Both the position numbers and the translations under genes were made by a program. The notes beneath the pieces were generated by a model. It was not told the origin of the DNA and made no database searches. It saw only the letters and a list, made by a program, of their open reading frames with translations. Positions 33,901 to 48,900 of a stretch of 64,000 nt of DNA are shown one piece after another. The DNA comes from Nemertoderma westbladi (lineage: Eukaryota; Animalia; Xenacoelomorpha): assembly GCA_032718475.1 (NCBI GenBank), contig JAUCBJ010006975.1, forward strand, positions 73,044-137,043, read 5' to 3'. Position 1 is the first letter of the stretch. Each line of letters opens with the position of its first letter.

Positions 33901-36900
33901 AGGTGGGTCAACATCGAAACACTGGCACTAATGTAGAACATGGTTGACCTATAGGTGGTCAACATTGAAACACTGGCACTACTGTGGAACATGGTTGCCC
34001 TATAGGAGGGTCAACATTGAAACACTAGCACTAATGTAGAACATGGTTGCTCTATAGGTGGGTCAACATTGAAACACTGGCACTACTGTGGAACATGGTT
34101 GCCCTATAGGTGGGTCAATATTGAAACACTGGCACTACTGTGGAACATGGTTGCCCTATAGGTGGGTCAACATTGAAACACTGGCACTACTGTGGAACAT
34201 GGTTGCTCTATAGGTGGCTCAACATTGAAACACTGGCACTACTGTGGAACATGGTTGCTCTATAGGTGGGTCAACATCGAAACACTGGCACTAATGTAGA
34301 ACATGGTTGACCTATAGGTGGTCAACATTGAAACACTGGCACTACTGTGGAACATGGTTGCCCTATAGGAGGGTCAACATTGAAACACTAGCACTAATGT
34401 AGAACATGGTTGCTCTATAGGTGGGTCAACATTGAAACACTGGCACTACTGTGGAACATGGCTGCTCTATAGGTGGGTCAACATTGAAACACTGGCACTA
34501 CTGTGGAACATGGTTGCTCTATAGGTGGGTCAATATTGAAACACTGGCACTACTGTGGAACATGGTTGCTCTATAGGTGGGTCAATATTGAAACACTGGC
34601 ACTACTGTGGAACATGGTTGCCCTATAGGTGGGTCAATATTGAAACACTGGCACTACTGTGGAACATGGTTGCTCTATAGGTGGGTCAACATTGAAACAC
34701 TGGCACTACTGTGGAACATGGTTGCTCTATAGGTGGGTCAACATTGAAACACTGGCACTACTGTGGAACATGGTTGCTCTATAGGTGGGTCAACATCGAA
34801 ACACTGGCACTAATGTAGAACATGGTTGACCTATAGGTGGTCAACATTGAAACACTGGCACTACTGTGGAACATGGTTGCCCTATAGGAGGGTCAACATT
34901 GAAACACTAGCACTAATGTAGAACATGGTTGCTCTATAGGTGGGTCAACATTGAAACACTGGCACTACTGTGGAACATGGCTGCTCTATAGGTGGGTCAA
35001 CATTGAAACACTGGCACTACTGTGGAACATGGTTGCCCTATAGGTGAGTCAACATTGAAACACTGGCACTACTGTGGAACATGGTTGCCCTATAGGAGGG
35101 TCAACATTGAAATACTGGCACTACTGTGGAACATGGTTGCTCTATAGGTGGGTCAACATTGAAACACTGGCACTACTATAGAACATGGTTGCCCTATACA
35201 TAGGTGGGTCAACATTGAAACACTGGCACTACTGTGGAACATGGTTGCTCTATAGGTGGGTCAACATTGAAACACTGGCACTACTGTGGAACATGGTTGA
35301 CCTATAGGTGGGTCAACATTGAAACACTGGCACTACTGTGGAACATGGTTGCCCTATAGGTGGGTCAACATTGAAACACTGGCACTACTGTGGAACATGG
35401 TTGCCCTATAGGTGAGTCAACATTGAAACACTGGCACTACTGTGGAACATGGTTGCTCTATAGGTGGGTCAATATTGAAACACTGGCACTACTGTGGAAC
35501 ATGGTTGCTCTATAGGTGGGTCAATATTGAAACACTGGCACTACTGTGGAACATGGTTGCTCTATAGGTGGGTCAATATTGAAACACTGGCACTACTGTG
35601 GAACATGGTTGCTCTATAGGTGGCTCAACATTGAAACACTGGCACTACTGTGGAACATGGTTGCTCTATAGGTGGGTCAATATTGAAACACTGGCACTAC
35701 TGTGGAACATGGTTGCTCTATAGGTGGCTCAACATTGAAACACTGGCACTACTGTGGAACATGGTTGCTCTATAGGTGGGTCAATATTGAAACACTGGCA
35801 CTACTGTGGAACATGGTTGCTCTATAGGTGGGTCAATATTGAAACACTGGCACTACTGTGGAACATGGTTGCTCTATAGGTGAGTCAACATTGAAACACT
35901 GGCACTACTGTGGAACATGGTTGCTCTATAGGTGGGTCAATATTGAAACACTGGCACTACTGTGGAACATGGTTGCTCTATAGGTGGCTCAACATTGAAA
36001 CACTGGCACTACTGTGGAACATGGTTGCTCTATAGGTGGGTCAATATTGAAACACTGGCACTACTGTGGAACATGGTTGCTCTATAGGTGGGTCAATATT
36101 GAAACACTGGCACTACTGTGGAACATGGTTGCCCTATAGGTGGGTCAACATTGAAACACTGGCACTAATGTAGAACATGGTTGCTCTATAGGTGGGTCAA
36201 TATTGAAACACTGGCACTACTGTGGAACATGGTTGCCCTATAGGTGGGTCAACATTGAAACACTGGCACTACTGTGGAACATGGTTGCCCTATAGGTGGG
36301 TCAACATTGAAACACTGGCACTACTGTGGAACATGGTTGCTCTATAGGTGGGTCAATATTGAAACACTGGCACTACTGTGGAACATGGTTGCTCTATAGG
36401 TGGGTCAACATCGAAACACTGGCACTAATGTAGAACATGGTTGACCTATAGGTGGTCAACATTGAAACACTGGCACTACTGTGGAACATGGTTGCTCTAT
36501 AGGTGGCTCAACATTGAAACACTGGCACTAAACTGTGGAACATGGTTGCCCTATAGGTGGGTCAACATTGAAACACTGGCACTACTGTGGAACATGGTTG
36601 CTCTATAGGTGGGTCAACATCGAAACACTGGCACTAATGTAGAACATGGTTGACCTATAGGTGGTCAACATTGAAACACTGGCACTACTGTGGAACATGG
36701 TTGCTCTATAGGTGGGTCAATATTGAAACACTGGCACTACTGTGGAACATGGTTGCTCTATAGGTGGGTCAATATTGAAACACTGGCACTACTGTGGAAC
36801 ATGGTTGCTCTATAGGTGGGTCAATATTGAAACACTGGCACTACTGTGGAACATGGTTGCTCTATAGGTGGGTCAATATTGAAACACTGGCACTACTGTG

Positions 36901-39900
36901 GAACATGGTTGCCCTATAGGTGGCTCAACATTGAAACACTGGCACTACTGTGGAACATGGTTGACCTATAGGTGGATCAACATTGAAACACTGGCACTAC
37001 TGTGGAACATGGTTGCTCTATAGGTGGGTCAATATTGAAACACTGGCACTACTGTGGAACATGGTTGCTCTATAGGTGGGTCAACATCGAAACACTGGCA
37101 CTACTGTGGAACATGGTTGCTCTATAGGTGGGTCAACATCGAAACACTGGCACTAATGTAGAACATGGTTGACCTATAGGTGGTCAACATTGAAACACTG
37201 GCACTACTGTGGAACATGGTTGCTCTATAGGTGGGTCAATATTGAAACACTGGCACTACTGTGGAACATGGTTGCTCTATAGGTGGGTCAATATTGAAAC
37301 ACTGGCACTACTGTGGAACATGGTTGCTCTATAGGTGGGTCAATATTGAAACACTGGCACTACTGTGGAACATGGTTGCTCTATAGGTGGGTCAATATTG
37401 AAACACTGGCACTACTGTGGAACATGGTTGCTCTATAGGTGGGTCAATATTGAAACACTGGCACTACTGTGGAACATAGTTGCCCTATAGGTGGCTCAAC
37501 ATTGAAACACTGGCACTACTGTGGAACATGGTTGACCTATAGGTGGATCAACATTGAAACACTGGCACTACTGTGGAACATGGTTGCTCTATAGGTGGGT
37601 CAATATTGAAACACTGGCACTACTGTGGAACATGGTTGCTCTATAGGTGGGTCAACATCGAAACACTGGCACTAATGTAGAACATGGTTGACCTATAGGT
37701 GGTCAACATTGAAACACTGGCACTACTGTGGAACATGGTTGCTCTATAGGTGGCTCAACATTGAAACACTGGCACTAAACTGTGGAACATGGTTGCCCTA
37801 TAGGTGGGTCAACATTGAAACACTGGCACTACTGTGGAACATGGTTGCTCTATAGGTGGGTCAACATCGAAACACTGGCACTAATGTAGAACATGGTTGA
37901 CCTATAGGTGGTCAACATTGAAACACTGGCACTACTGTGGAACATGGTTGCTCTATAGGTGGCTCAACATTGAAACACTGGCACTACTGTGGAACATGGT
38001 TGCTCTATAGGTGGCTCAACATTGAAACACTGGCACTACTGTGGAACATGGTTGCTCTATAGGTGGGTCAATATTGAAACACTGGCACTACTGTGGAACA
38101 TGGTTGCTCTATAGGTGGGTCAATATTGAAACACTGGCACTACTGTGGAACATGGTTGCCCTATAGGTGGCTCAACATTGAAACACTGGCACTACTGTGG
38201 AACATGGTTGACCTATAGGTGGGTCAACATTGAAACACTGGCACTACTGTGGAAAATGGTTGCTCTATAGGTGGCTCAACATTGAAACACTGGCACTAAA
38301 CTGTGGAACATGGCTGCTCTATAGGTGGGTCAACATTGAAACACTGGCACTACTGTGGAACATGGTTGCTCTATAGGTGGCTCAACATTGAAACACTGGC
38401 ACTAAACTGTGGAACATGGCTGCTCTATAGGTGGGTCAACATCGAAACACTGGCACTAATGTAGAACATGGTTGACCTATAGGTGGTCAACATTGAAACA
38501 CTGGCACTACTGTGGAACATGGTTGCCCTATAGGTGGGTCAATATTGAAACACTGGCACTACTGTGGAACATGGTTGCCCTATAGGAGGGTCAACATTGA
38601 AACACTAGCACTAATGTAGAACATGGTTGCTCTATAGGTGGGTCAACATTGAAACACTGGCACTACTGTGGAACATGGTTGCCCTATAGGTGGGTCAATA
38701 TTGAAACACTGGCACTACTGTGGAACATGGTTGCCCTATAGGAGGGTCAACATTGAAATACTGGCACTACTGTGGAACATAGTTGACCTAAAGGTGGGTC
38801 AACATTGAAACACTGTCACTACTATAGAACATGGTTGCTCTATAGGTGGTCAACATTGAAACACTGGCACTACTGTGGAACATGGTTGCTCTATAGGTGG
38901 GTCAACATTGAAACACTGGCACTACTGTAGAACATGGTTGACCTATAGGTGGGTCAATATTGAAACACTGGCACTACTGTGGAACATGGCTGCTCTATAG
39001 GTGGGTCAACATTGAAACACTGGCACTAAACTGTGGAACATGGCTGCTCTATAGGTGGGTCAACATTGAAACACTGGCACTACTGTGGAACATGGCTGCT
39101 CTATAGGTGGCTCAACATTGAAACACTGGCACTAAACTGTGGAACATGGTTGCCCTATAGATGGGTCAACATTGAAACACTGGCACTACTGTGGAACATG
39201 GTTGCCCTATAGGTGGTCAACATTGAAACACTGGCACTACTGTGGAACATGGTTGCCCTATAGGTGGGTCAATATTGAAACACTGGCACTACTGTGGAAC
39301 ATGGTTGCCCTATAGGAGGGTCAACATTGAAACACTAGCACTAATGTAGAACATGGTTGCTCTATAGGTGGGTCAACATTGAAACACTGGCACTACTGTG
39401 GAACATGGTTGCCCTATAGGTGGGTCAACATTGAAACACTGGCACTACTGTGGAACATGGTTGCCCTATAGGTGGGTCAATATTGAAACACTGGCACTAC
39501 TGTGGAACATGGTTGCTCTATAGGTGGGTCAATATTGAAACACTGGCACTACTGTGGAACATGGTTGACCTAAAGGTGGGTCAACATTGAAACACTGGCA
39601 CTACTGTGGAACATGGTTGCTCTATAGGTGGGTCAATATTGAAACACTGGCACTACTGTGGAACATGGTTGACCTAAAGGTGGGTCAACATTGAAACACT
39701 GGCACTACTGTGGAACATGGTTGCCCTATAGGTGGGTCAACATTGAAACACTGGCACTACTGTGGAACATGGTTGCCCTATAGGTGGGTCAATATTGAAA
39801 CACTGGCACTACTGTGGAACATGGTTGCCCTATACATAGGTGGGTCAACATTGAAACACTGGCACTACTGTGGAACATGGTTGACCTAAAGGTGGGTCAA

Positions 39901-42900
39901 CATTGAAACACTGTCACTACTATAGAACATGGTTGCTCTATACATAGGTGGGTCAACATTGAAACACTGGCACTACTGTGGAACATGGTTGCTCTATAAG
40001 TGGGCCAACATTGAAACACTGGCACTACTGTGGAACATGGTTGCTCTATAGGTGGGTCAATATTGAAACACTGGCACTACTGTGGAACATGGTTGACCTA
40101 AAGGTGGGTCAACATTGAAACACTGGCACTACTGTGGAACATGGTTGCCCTATAGGTGGGTCAACATTGAAACACTGGCACTACTGTGGAACATGGTTGC
40201 CCTATAGGTGGGGCAATATTGAAACACTGGCACTACTGTGGAACATGGTTGCCCTATACATAGGTGGGTCAACATTGAAACACTGGCACTACTGTGGAAC
40301 ATGGTTGACCTAAAGGTGGGTCAACATTGAAACACTGTCACTACTATAGAACATGGTTGCTCTATACATAGGTGGGTCAACATTGAAACACTGGCACTAC
40401 TGTGGAACATGGTTGCTCTATAAGTGGGCCAACATTGAAACACTGGCACTACTGTGGAACATGGTTGCTCTATAGGTGGGTCAATATTGAAACACTGGCA
40501 CTACTGTGGAACATGGTTGCCCTATAGGTGGCTCAACATTGAAACACTGGCACTAAACTGTGGAACATGGCTGCTCTATAGGTGGGTCAACATTGAAACA
40601 CTGGCACTACTGTGGAACATGGTTGCTCTATAGGTGGGTCAACATTGAAACACTGGCACTACTGTGGAACATGGCTGCTCTATAGGTGGGTCAACATTGA
40701 AACACTGGCACTACTGTGGAACATGGTTGCTCTATAGGTGGCTCAACATTGAAACACTGGCACTAAACTGTGGAACATGGCTGCTCTATAGGTGGGTCAA
40801 CATTGAAACACTGGCACTACTGTGGAACATGGTTGCTCTATAGGTGGGTCAATATTGAAACACTGGCACTACTGTGGAACATGGTTGCCCTATAGGTGGG
40901 TCAATATTGAAACACTGGCACTACTGTGGAACATGGTTGCTCTATAGGTGGGTCAACATTGAAACACTGGCACTACTGTGGAACATGGTTGCTCTATAGG
41001 TGGGTCAATATTGAAACACTGGCACTACTGTGGAACATGGTTGCTCTATAGGTGGGTCAACATTGAAACACTGGCACTACTGTGGAACATGGTTGCCCTA
41101 TAGGTGGGTCAACATTGAAACACTGGCACTACTGTGGAACATGGTTGCTCTATAGGTGGGTCAATATTGAAACACTGGCACTACTGTGGAACATGGCTGC
41201 TCTATAGGTGGGTCAACATTGAAACACTGGCACTACTGTGGAACATGGTTGCTCTATAGGTGGGTCAATATTGAAACACTGGCACTACTGTGGAACATGG
41301 TTGACCTAAAGGTGGGTTAACATTGAAACACTGTCACTACTATAGAACATGGTTGCCCTATACATAGGTGGGTCAACATTGAAACACTGGCACTACTGTG
41401 GAACATGGTTGCTCTATAGGTGGCTCAACATTGAAACACTGGCACTAAACTGTGGAACATGGTTGCCCTATAGGAGGGTCAACATTGAAACACTGGCACT
41501 AATGGAGAACATGGTTGCCCTATAGGTGGGTCAACATTGAAACACTGGCACTACTATAGAACATGGTTGCCCTATACATAGGTGGGTCAACATTGAAACA
41601 CTGGCACTACTGTGGAACATGGTTGCTCTATAGGTGGGTCAATATTGAAACACTGGCACTAAACTGTGGAACATGGTTGCCCTATAGGTGGGTCAACATT
41701 GAAACACTGGCACTAATGTAGAACATGGTTGACCTAAAGGTGGGTTAACATTGAAACACTGTCACTACTATAGAACATGGTTGCCCTATACATAGGTGGG
41801 TCAACATTGAAACACTGGCACTACTGTGGAACATGGTTGCCCTATAGGTGGGTCTACATTGAAACACTGGCACTACTGTGGAACATGGTTGCCCTATAGG
41901 TGAGTCAACATTGAAACACTGGCACTACTGTGGAACATGGTTGACCTATAGGTGGGTCAACATTGAAACACTGGCACTACTGTGGAACATGGTTGCTCTA
42001 TAGGTGGGTCAACATTGAAACACTGGCACTAATGTAGAACATGGTTGACCTATAGATGGGTCAACATTGAAACACTGGCACTACTGTGGAACATGGTTGA
42101 CCTATAGATGGGTCAACATTGAAACACTGGCACTACTGTGGAACATGGTTGACCTATAGATGGGTCAACATTGAAACACTGGCACTACTGTAGAACATGG
42201 TTGCTCTATAGATGGGTCAACATTGAAACACTGGCACTACTGTGGAACATGGTTGCTCTATAGGTGGCTCAACATTGAAACACTGGCACTAAACTGTGGA
42301 ACATGGTTGCCCTATAGGAGGGTCAACATTGAAACACTGGCACTACTGTGGAACATGGTTGACCTATAGGTGGTCAACATTGAAACACTGGCACTAATGT
42401 AGAACATGGTTGCCCTATAGGTGGGTCAACATTGAAACACTGGCACTACTATAGAACATGGTTGCCCTATACATAGGTGGGTCAACATTGAAACACTGGC
42501 ACTACTGTGGAACATGGTTGACCTAAAGGTGGGTTAACATTGAAACACTGTCACTACTATAGAACATGGTTGCCCTATACATAGGTGGGTCAACATTGAA
42601 ACACTGGCACTACTGTGGAACATGGTTGCTCTATAGGTGGGTCAACATTGAAACACTGGCACTAAACTGTGGAACATGGTTGCCCTATAGGTGAGTCAAC
42701 ATTGAAACACTGGCACTACTGTGGAACATGGTTGCTCTATAGGTGGCTCAACATTGAAACACTGGCACTAAACTGTGGAACATGGCTGCTCTATAGGTGA
42801 GTCAACATTGAAACACTGGCACTACTGTGGAACATGGTTGCTCTATAGGTGGCTCAACATTGAAACACTGGCACTAAACTGTGGAACATGGTTGCCCTAT

Positions 42901-45900
42901 AGGTGGGTCAACATTGAAACACTGGCACTACTGTGGAACATGGTTGCTCTATAGGTGGCTCAACATTGAAACACTGGCACTAAACTGTGGAACATGGCTG
43001 CTCTATAGGTGAGTCAACATTGAAACACTGGCACTACTGTGGAACATGGTTGCTCTATAGGTGGCTCAACATTGAAACACTGGCACTAAACTGTGGAACA
43101 TGGCTGCTCGTATAGGTGGGTCAACATTGAAACACTGGCACTACTATAGAACATGGTTGCCCTATACATAGGTGGGTCAACATTGAAACACTGGCACTAC
43201 TGTGGAACATGGTTGACCTAAAGGTGGGTTAACATTGAAACACTGTCACTACTATAGAACATGGTTGCCCTATACATAGGTGGGTCAACATTGAAACACT
43301 GGCACTACTGTGGAACATGGTTGCTCTATAGGTGGCTCAACATTGAAACACTGGCACTAAACTGTGGAACATGGTTGCCCTATAGGTGGGTCAACATTGA
43401 AACACTGGCACTACTGTGGAACATGGTTGCTCTATAGGTGGCTCAACATTGAAACACTGGCACTAAACTGTGGAACATGGCTGCTCTATAGGTGGGCCAA
43501 CATTGAAACACTGGCACTACTGTGGAACATGGTTGCTCTATAGGTGGCTCAACATTGAAACACTGGCACTAAACTGTGGAACATGGCTGCTCTATAGGTG
43601 GGTCAACATTGAAACACTGGCACTACTGTGGAACATGGTTGCTCTATAGGTGGGTCAACATTGAAACACTGGCACTAATGTAGAACATGGTTGCCCTATA
43701 GGTGGGTCAACATCGAAACACTGGCACTAATGTAGAACATGGTTGCCCTATAGGTGGGTCAACATTGAAACACTGGCACTACTGTGGAACATGGTTGCCC
43801 TATAGGTGGGTCAATATTGAAACACTGGCACTAAACTGTGGAACATGGTTGCCCTATAGGTGGGTCAACATTGAAACACTGGCACTACTGTGGAACATGG
43901 CTGCTCTATAGGTGGGTCAACATTGAAACACTGGCACTACTGTGGAACATGGTTGCTCTATAGGTGGGTCAATATTGAAACACTGGCACTACTGTGGAAC
44001 ATGGTTGCCCTATAGGTGGGTCAACATTGAAACACTGGCACTACTGTGGAACATGGTTGCTCTATAGGTGGGTCAACATTGAAACACTGGCACTACTGTG
44101 GAACATGGTTGCCCTATAGGTGGGTCAACATTGAAACACTGGCACTACTGTGGAACATGGTTGCTCTATAGGTGGGTCAACATTGAAACACTGGCACTAC
44201 TGTGGAACATGGTTGCCCTATAGGTGGGTCAACATTGAAACACTGGCACTACTGTGGAACATGGTTGCCCTATACAGTAGGTGGGCCAACATTGAAACAC
44301 TGGCACTACTGTGGAACATGGTTGCCCTATAGGTGGGTCAACATTGAAACACTGGCACTACTGTGGAACATGGTTGCCCTATAGGTGGGTCAACATTGAA
44401 ACACTGGCACTACTGTGGAACATGGTTGCCCTATAGGTGGGTCAACATTGAAACACTGGCACTACTGTGGAACATGGTTGCTCTATAGGTGGGTCAACAT
44501 TGAAACACTGGCACTACTGTGGAACATGGTTGCTCTATAGGTGGGTCAACATTGAAACACTGGCACTACTGTGGAACATGGTTGCTCTATAGGTGGGTCA
44601 ACATTGAAACACTGGCACTACTGTGGAACATGGTTGCCCTATAGGTGGGTCAACATTGAAACACTGGCACTACTGTGGAACATGGTTGCCCTATACAGTA
44701 GGTGGGCCAACATTGAAACACTGGCACTACTGTGGAACATGGTTGCCCTATAGGTGGGTCAACATTGAAACACTGGCACTACTGTGGAACATGGTTGACC
44801 TATAGGTGGGTCAACATTGAAACACTGGCACTACTGTGGAACATGGTTGACCTATAGGTGGGTCAACATTGAAACACTGGCACTACTGTGGAACATGGTT
44901 GCTCTATAGGTGGGTCAACATTGAAACACTGGCACTACTGTGGAACATGGTTGCCCTATAGGTGGGTCAACATTGAAACACTGGCACTACTGTGGAACAT
45001 GGTTGCCCTATAGGTGGGTCAACATTGAAACACTGGCACTACTGTGGAACATGGTTGCTCTATAGGTGGGTCAATATTGAAACACTGTCACTACTATAGA
45101 ACATGGTTGCCCTATACATAGGTGGGTCAACATTGAAACACTGGCACTAATGTAGAACATGGTTGACCTATAGGTGGGTCAACATTGAAACACTGGCACT
45201 ACTGTGGAACATGGTTGCCCTATAGGTGGGTCAACATTGAAACACTGGCACTACTGTGGAACATGGTTGCCCTATACAGTAGGTGGGCCAACATTGAAAC
45301 ACTGGCACTACTGTGGAACATGGTTGCCCTATAGGTGGGTCAACATTGAAACACTGGCACTACTGTGGAACATGGTTGCCCTATAGGTGGGCCAACATTG
45401 AAACACTGGCACTACTGTGGAACATGGTTGCCCTATAGGTGGGTCAACATTGAAACACTGGCACTACTGTGGAACATGGTTGCCCTATACAGTAGGTGGG
45501 CCAACATTGAAACACTGGCACTACTGTGGAACATGGTTGCCCTATAGGTGGGTCAACATTGAAACACTGGCACTACTGTGGAACATGGTTGCCCTATAGG
45601 TGGGTCAACATTGAAACACTGGCACTACTGTGGAACATGGTTGCCCTATACAGTAGGTGGGCCAACATTGAAACACTGGCACTACTGTGGAACATGGTTG
45701 CCCTATAGGTGGGTCAACATTGAAACACTGGCACTACTGTGGAACATGGTTGCCCTATAGGTGGGTCAACATTGAAACACTGGCACTACTGTGGAACATG
45801 GTTGCCCTATACAGTAGGTGGGTCAACATTGAAACACTGGCACTACTGTGGAACATGGTTGCCCTATAGGTGGGTCAACATTGAAACACTGGCACTACTG

Positions 45901-48900
45901 TGGAACATGGTTGCCCTATACAGTAGGTGGGCCAACATTGAAACACTGGCACTACTGTGGAACATGGTTGCCCTATAGGTGGGTCAACATTGAAACACTG
46001 GCACTACTGTGGAACATGGTTGCCCTATAGGTGGGTCAACATTGAAACACTGGCACTACTGTGGAACATGGTTGCCCTATACAGTAGGTGGGCCAACATT
46101 GAAACACTGGCACTACTGTGGAACATGGTTGCCCTATAGGTGGGTCAACATTGAAACACTGGCACTACTGTGGAACATGGTTGCCCTATACAGTAGGTGG
46201 GCCAACATTGAAACACTGGCACTACTGTGGAACATGGTTGCCCTATAGGTGGGTCAACATTGAAACACTGGCACTACTGTGGAACATGGTTGCCCTATAG
46301 GTGGGTCAACATTGAAACACTGGCACTACTGTGGAACATGGTTGCCCTATAGGTGGGTCAACATTGAAACACTGGCACTACTGTGGAACATGGTTGCCCT
46401 ATAGGTGGGTCAACATTGAAACACTGGCACTACTGTGGAACATGGTTGCCCTATACAGTAGGTGGGCCAACATTGAAACACTGGCACTACTGTGGAACAT
46501 GGTTGCCCTATAGGTGGGTCAACATTGAAACACTGGCACTACTGTGGAACATGGTTGCTCTATAGGTGGGCCAACATTGAAACACTGGCACTACTGTGGA
46601 ACATGGTTGCCCTATAGGTGGGTCAACATTGAAACACTGGCACTACTGTGGAACATGGTTGCCCTATAGGTGGGTCAACATTGAAACACTGGCACTACTG
46701 TGGAACATGGTTGCCCTATAGGTGGGTCAACATTGAAACACTGGCACTACTGTGGAACATGGTTGCCCTATACATAGGTGGGTCAACATTGAAACACTGG
46801 CACTACTGTGGAACATGGTTGCCCTATAGGTGGGTCAACATTGAAACACTGGCACTACTGTGGAACATGGTTGCCCTATAGGTGGGTCAACATTGAAACA
46901 CTGGCACTACTGTGGAACATGGTTGCCCTATAGGTGGGTCAACATTGAAACACTGGCACTACTGTGGAACATGGTTGCTCTATAGGTGGGTCAACATTGA
47001 AACACTGGCACTACTGTGGAACATGGTTGCCCTATAGGTGGGTCAACATTGAAACACTGGCACTACTGTGGAACATGGTTGCCCTATAGGTGGGTCAACA
47101 TTGAAACACTGGCACTACTGTGGAACATGGTTGCCCTATAGGTGGGTCAACATTGAAACACTGGCACTACTGTGGAACATGGTTGCTCTATAGGTGGGTC
47201 AACATTGAAACACTGGCACTACTGTGGAACATGGTTGCCCTATAGGTGGGTCAACATTGAAACACTGGCACTACTGTGGAACATGGTTGCCCTATAGGTG
47301 GGTCAACATTGAAACACTGGCACTACTGTGGAACATGGTTGCCCTATAGGTGGGTCAACATTGAAACACTGGCACTACTGTGGAACATGGTTGCCCTATA
47401 GGTGGGTCAACATTGAAACACTGGCACTACTGTGGAACATGGTTGCTCTATAGGTGGGTCAACATTGAAACACTGGCACTACTGTGGAACATGGTTGCCC
47501 TATAGGTGGGTCAACATTGAAACACTGGCACTACTGTGGAACATGGTTGCCCTATAGGTGGGTCAACATTGAAACACTGGCACTACTGTGGAACATGGTT
47601 GCCCTATAGGTGGGTCAACATTGAAACACTGGCACTACTGTGGAACATGGTTGCCCTATACAGTAGGTGGGCCAACATTGAAACACTGGCACTACTGTGG
47701 AACATGGTTGCCCTATAGGTGGGTCAACATTGAAACACTGGCACTACTGTGGAACATGGTTGCCCTATACAGTAGGTGGGCCAACATTGAAACACTGGCA
47801 CTACTGTGGAACATGGTTGCCCTATAGGTGGGTCAACATTGAAACACTGGCACTACTGTGGAACATGGTTGCTCTATAGGTGGGTCAACATTGAAACACT
47901 GGCACTACTGTGGAACATGGTTGCCCTATAGGTGGGTCAACATTGAAACACTGGCACTACTGTGGAACATGGTTGCCCTATAGGTGGGTCAACATTGAAA
48001 CACTGGCACTACTGTGGAACATGGTTGCCCTAAAGGAGGGCCAACATTGAAACACTGGCACTACTGTGGAACATGGTTACCCTATACAGTAGGTGGGCCA
48101 ACATTGAAACACTGGCACTACTGTGGAACATGGTTGCCCTATAGGTGGGTCAACATTGAAACACTGGCACTACTGTGGAACATGGTTGCTCTATAGGTGG
48201 GTCAACATTGAAACACTGGCACTACTGTGGAACATGGTTGCCCTATAGGTGGGTCAACATTGAAACACTGGCACTACTGTGGAACATGGTTGCCCTATAG
48301 GTGGGTCAACATTGAAACACTGGCACTACTGTGGAACATGGTTGCCCTATAGGTGGGTCAACATTGAAACACTGGCACTACTGTGGAACATGGTTGCCCT
48401 ATAGGTGGGTCAACATTGAAACACTGGCACTACTGTGGAACATGGTTGCCCTATAGGTGGGTCAACATTGAAACACTGGCACTACTGTGGAACATGGTTG
48501 CTCTATAGGTGGGTCAACATTGAAACACTGGCACTACTGTGGAACATGGTTGCCCTATAGGTGGGTCAACATTGAAACACTGGCACTACTGTGGAACATG
48601 GTTGCCCTATAGGTGAGTCAACATTGAAACACTGGCACTACTGTGGAACATGGTTGCCCTATAGGTGAGTCAACATTGAAACACTGGCACTACTGTGGAA
48701 CATGGTTGACCTATAGGAGGGTCAACATTGAAACACTGGCACTACTGTGGAACATGGTTGACCTATAGGTGGCTCAACATTGAAACACTGGCACTACTGT
48801 GGAACATGATTGCCCTATAGGTGAGTCAACATTGAAACACTGGCACTACTGTGGAACATGGTTGACCTATAGGAGGGTCAACATTGAAACACTGGCACTA

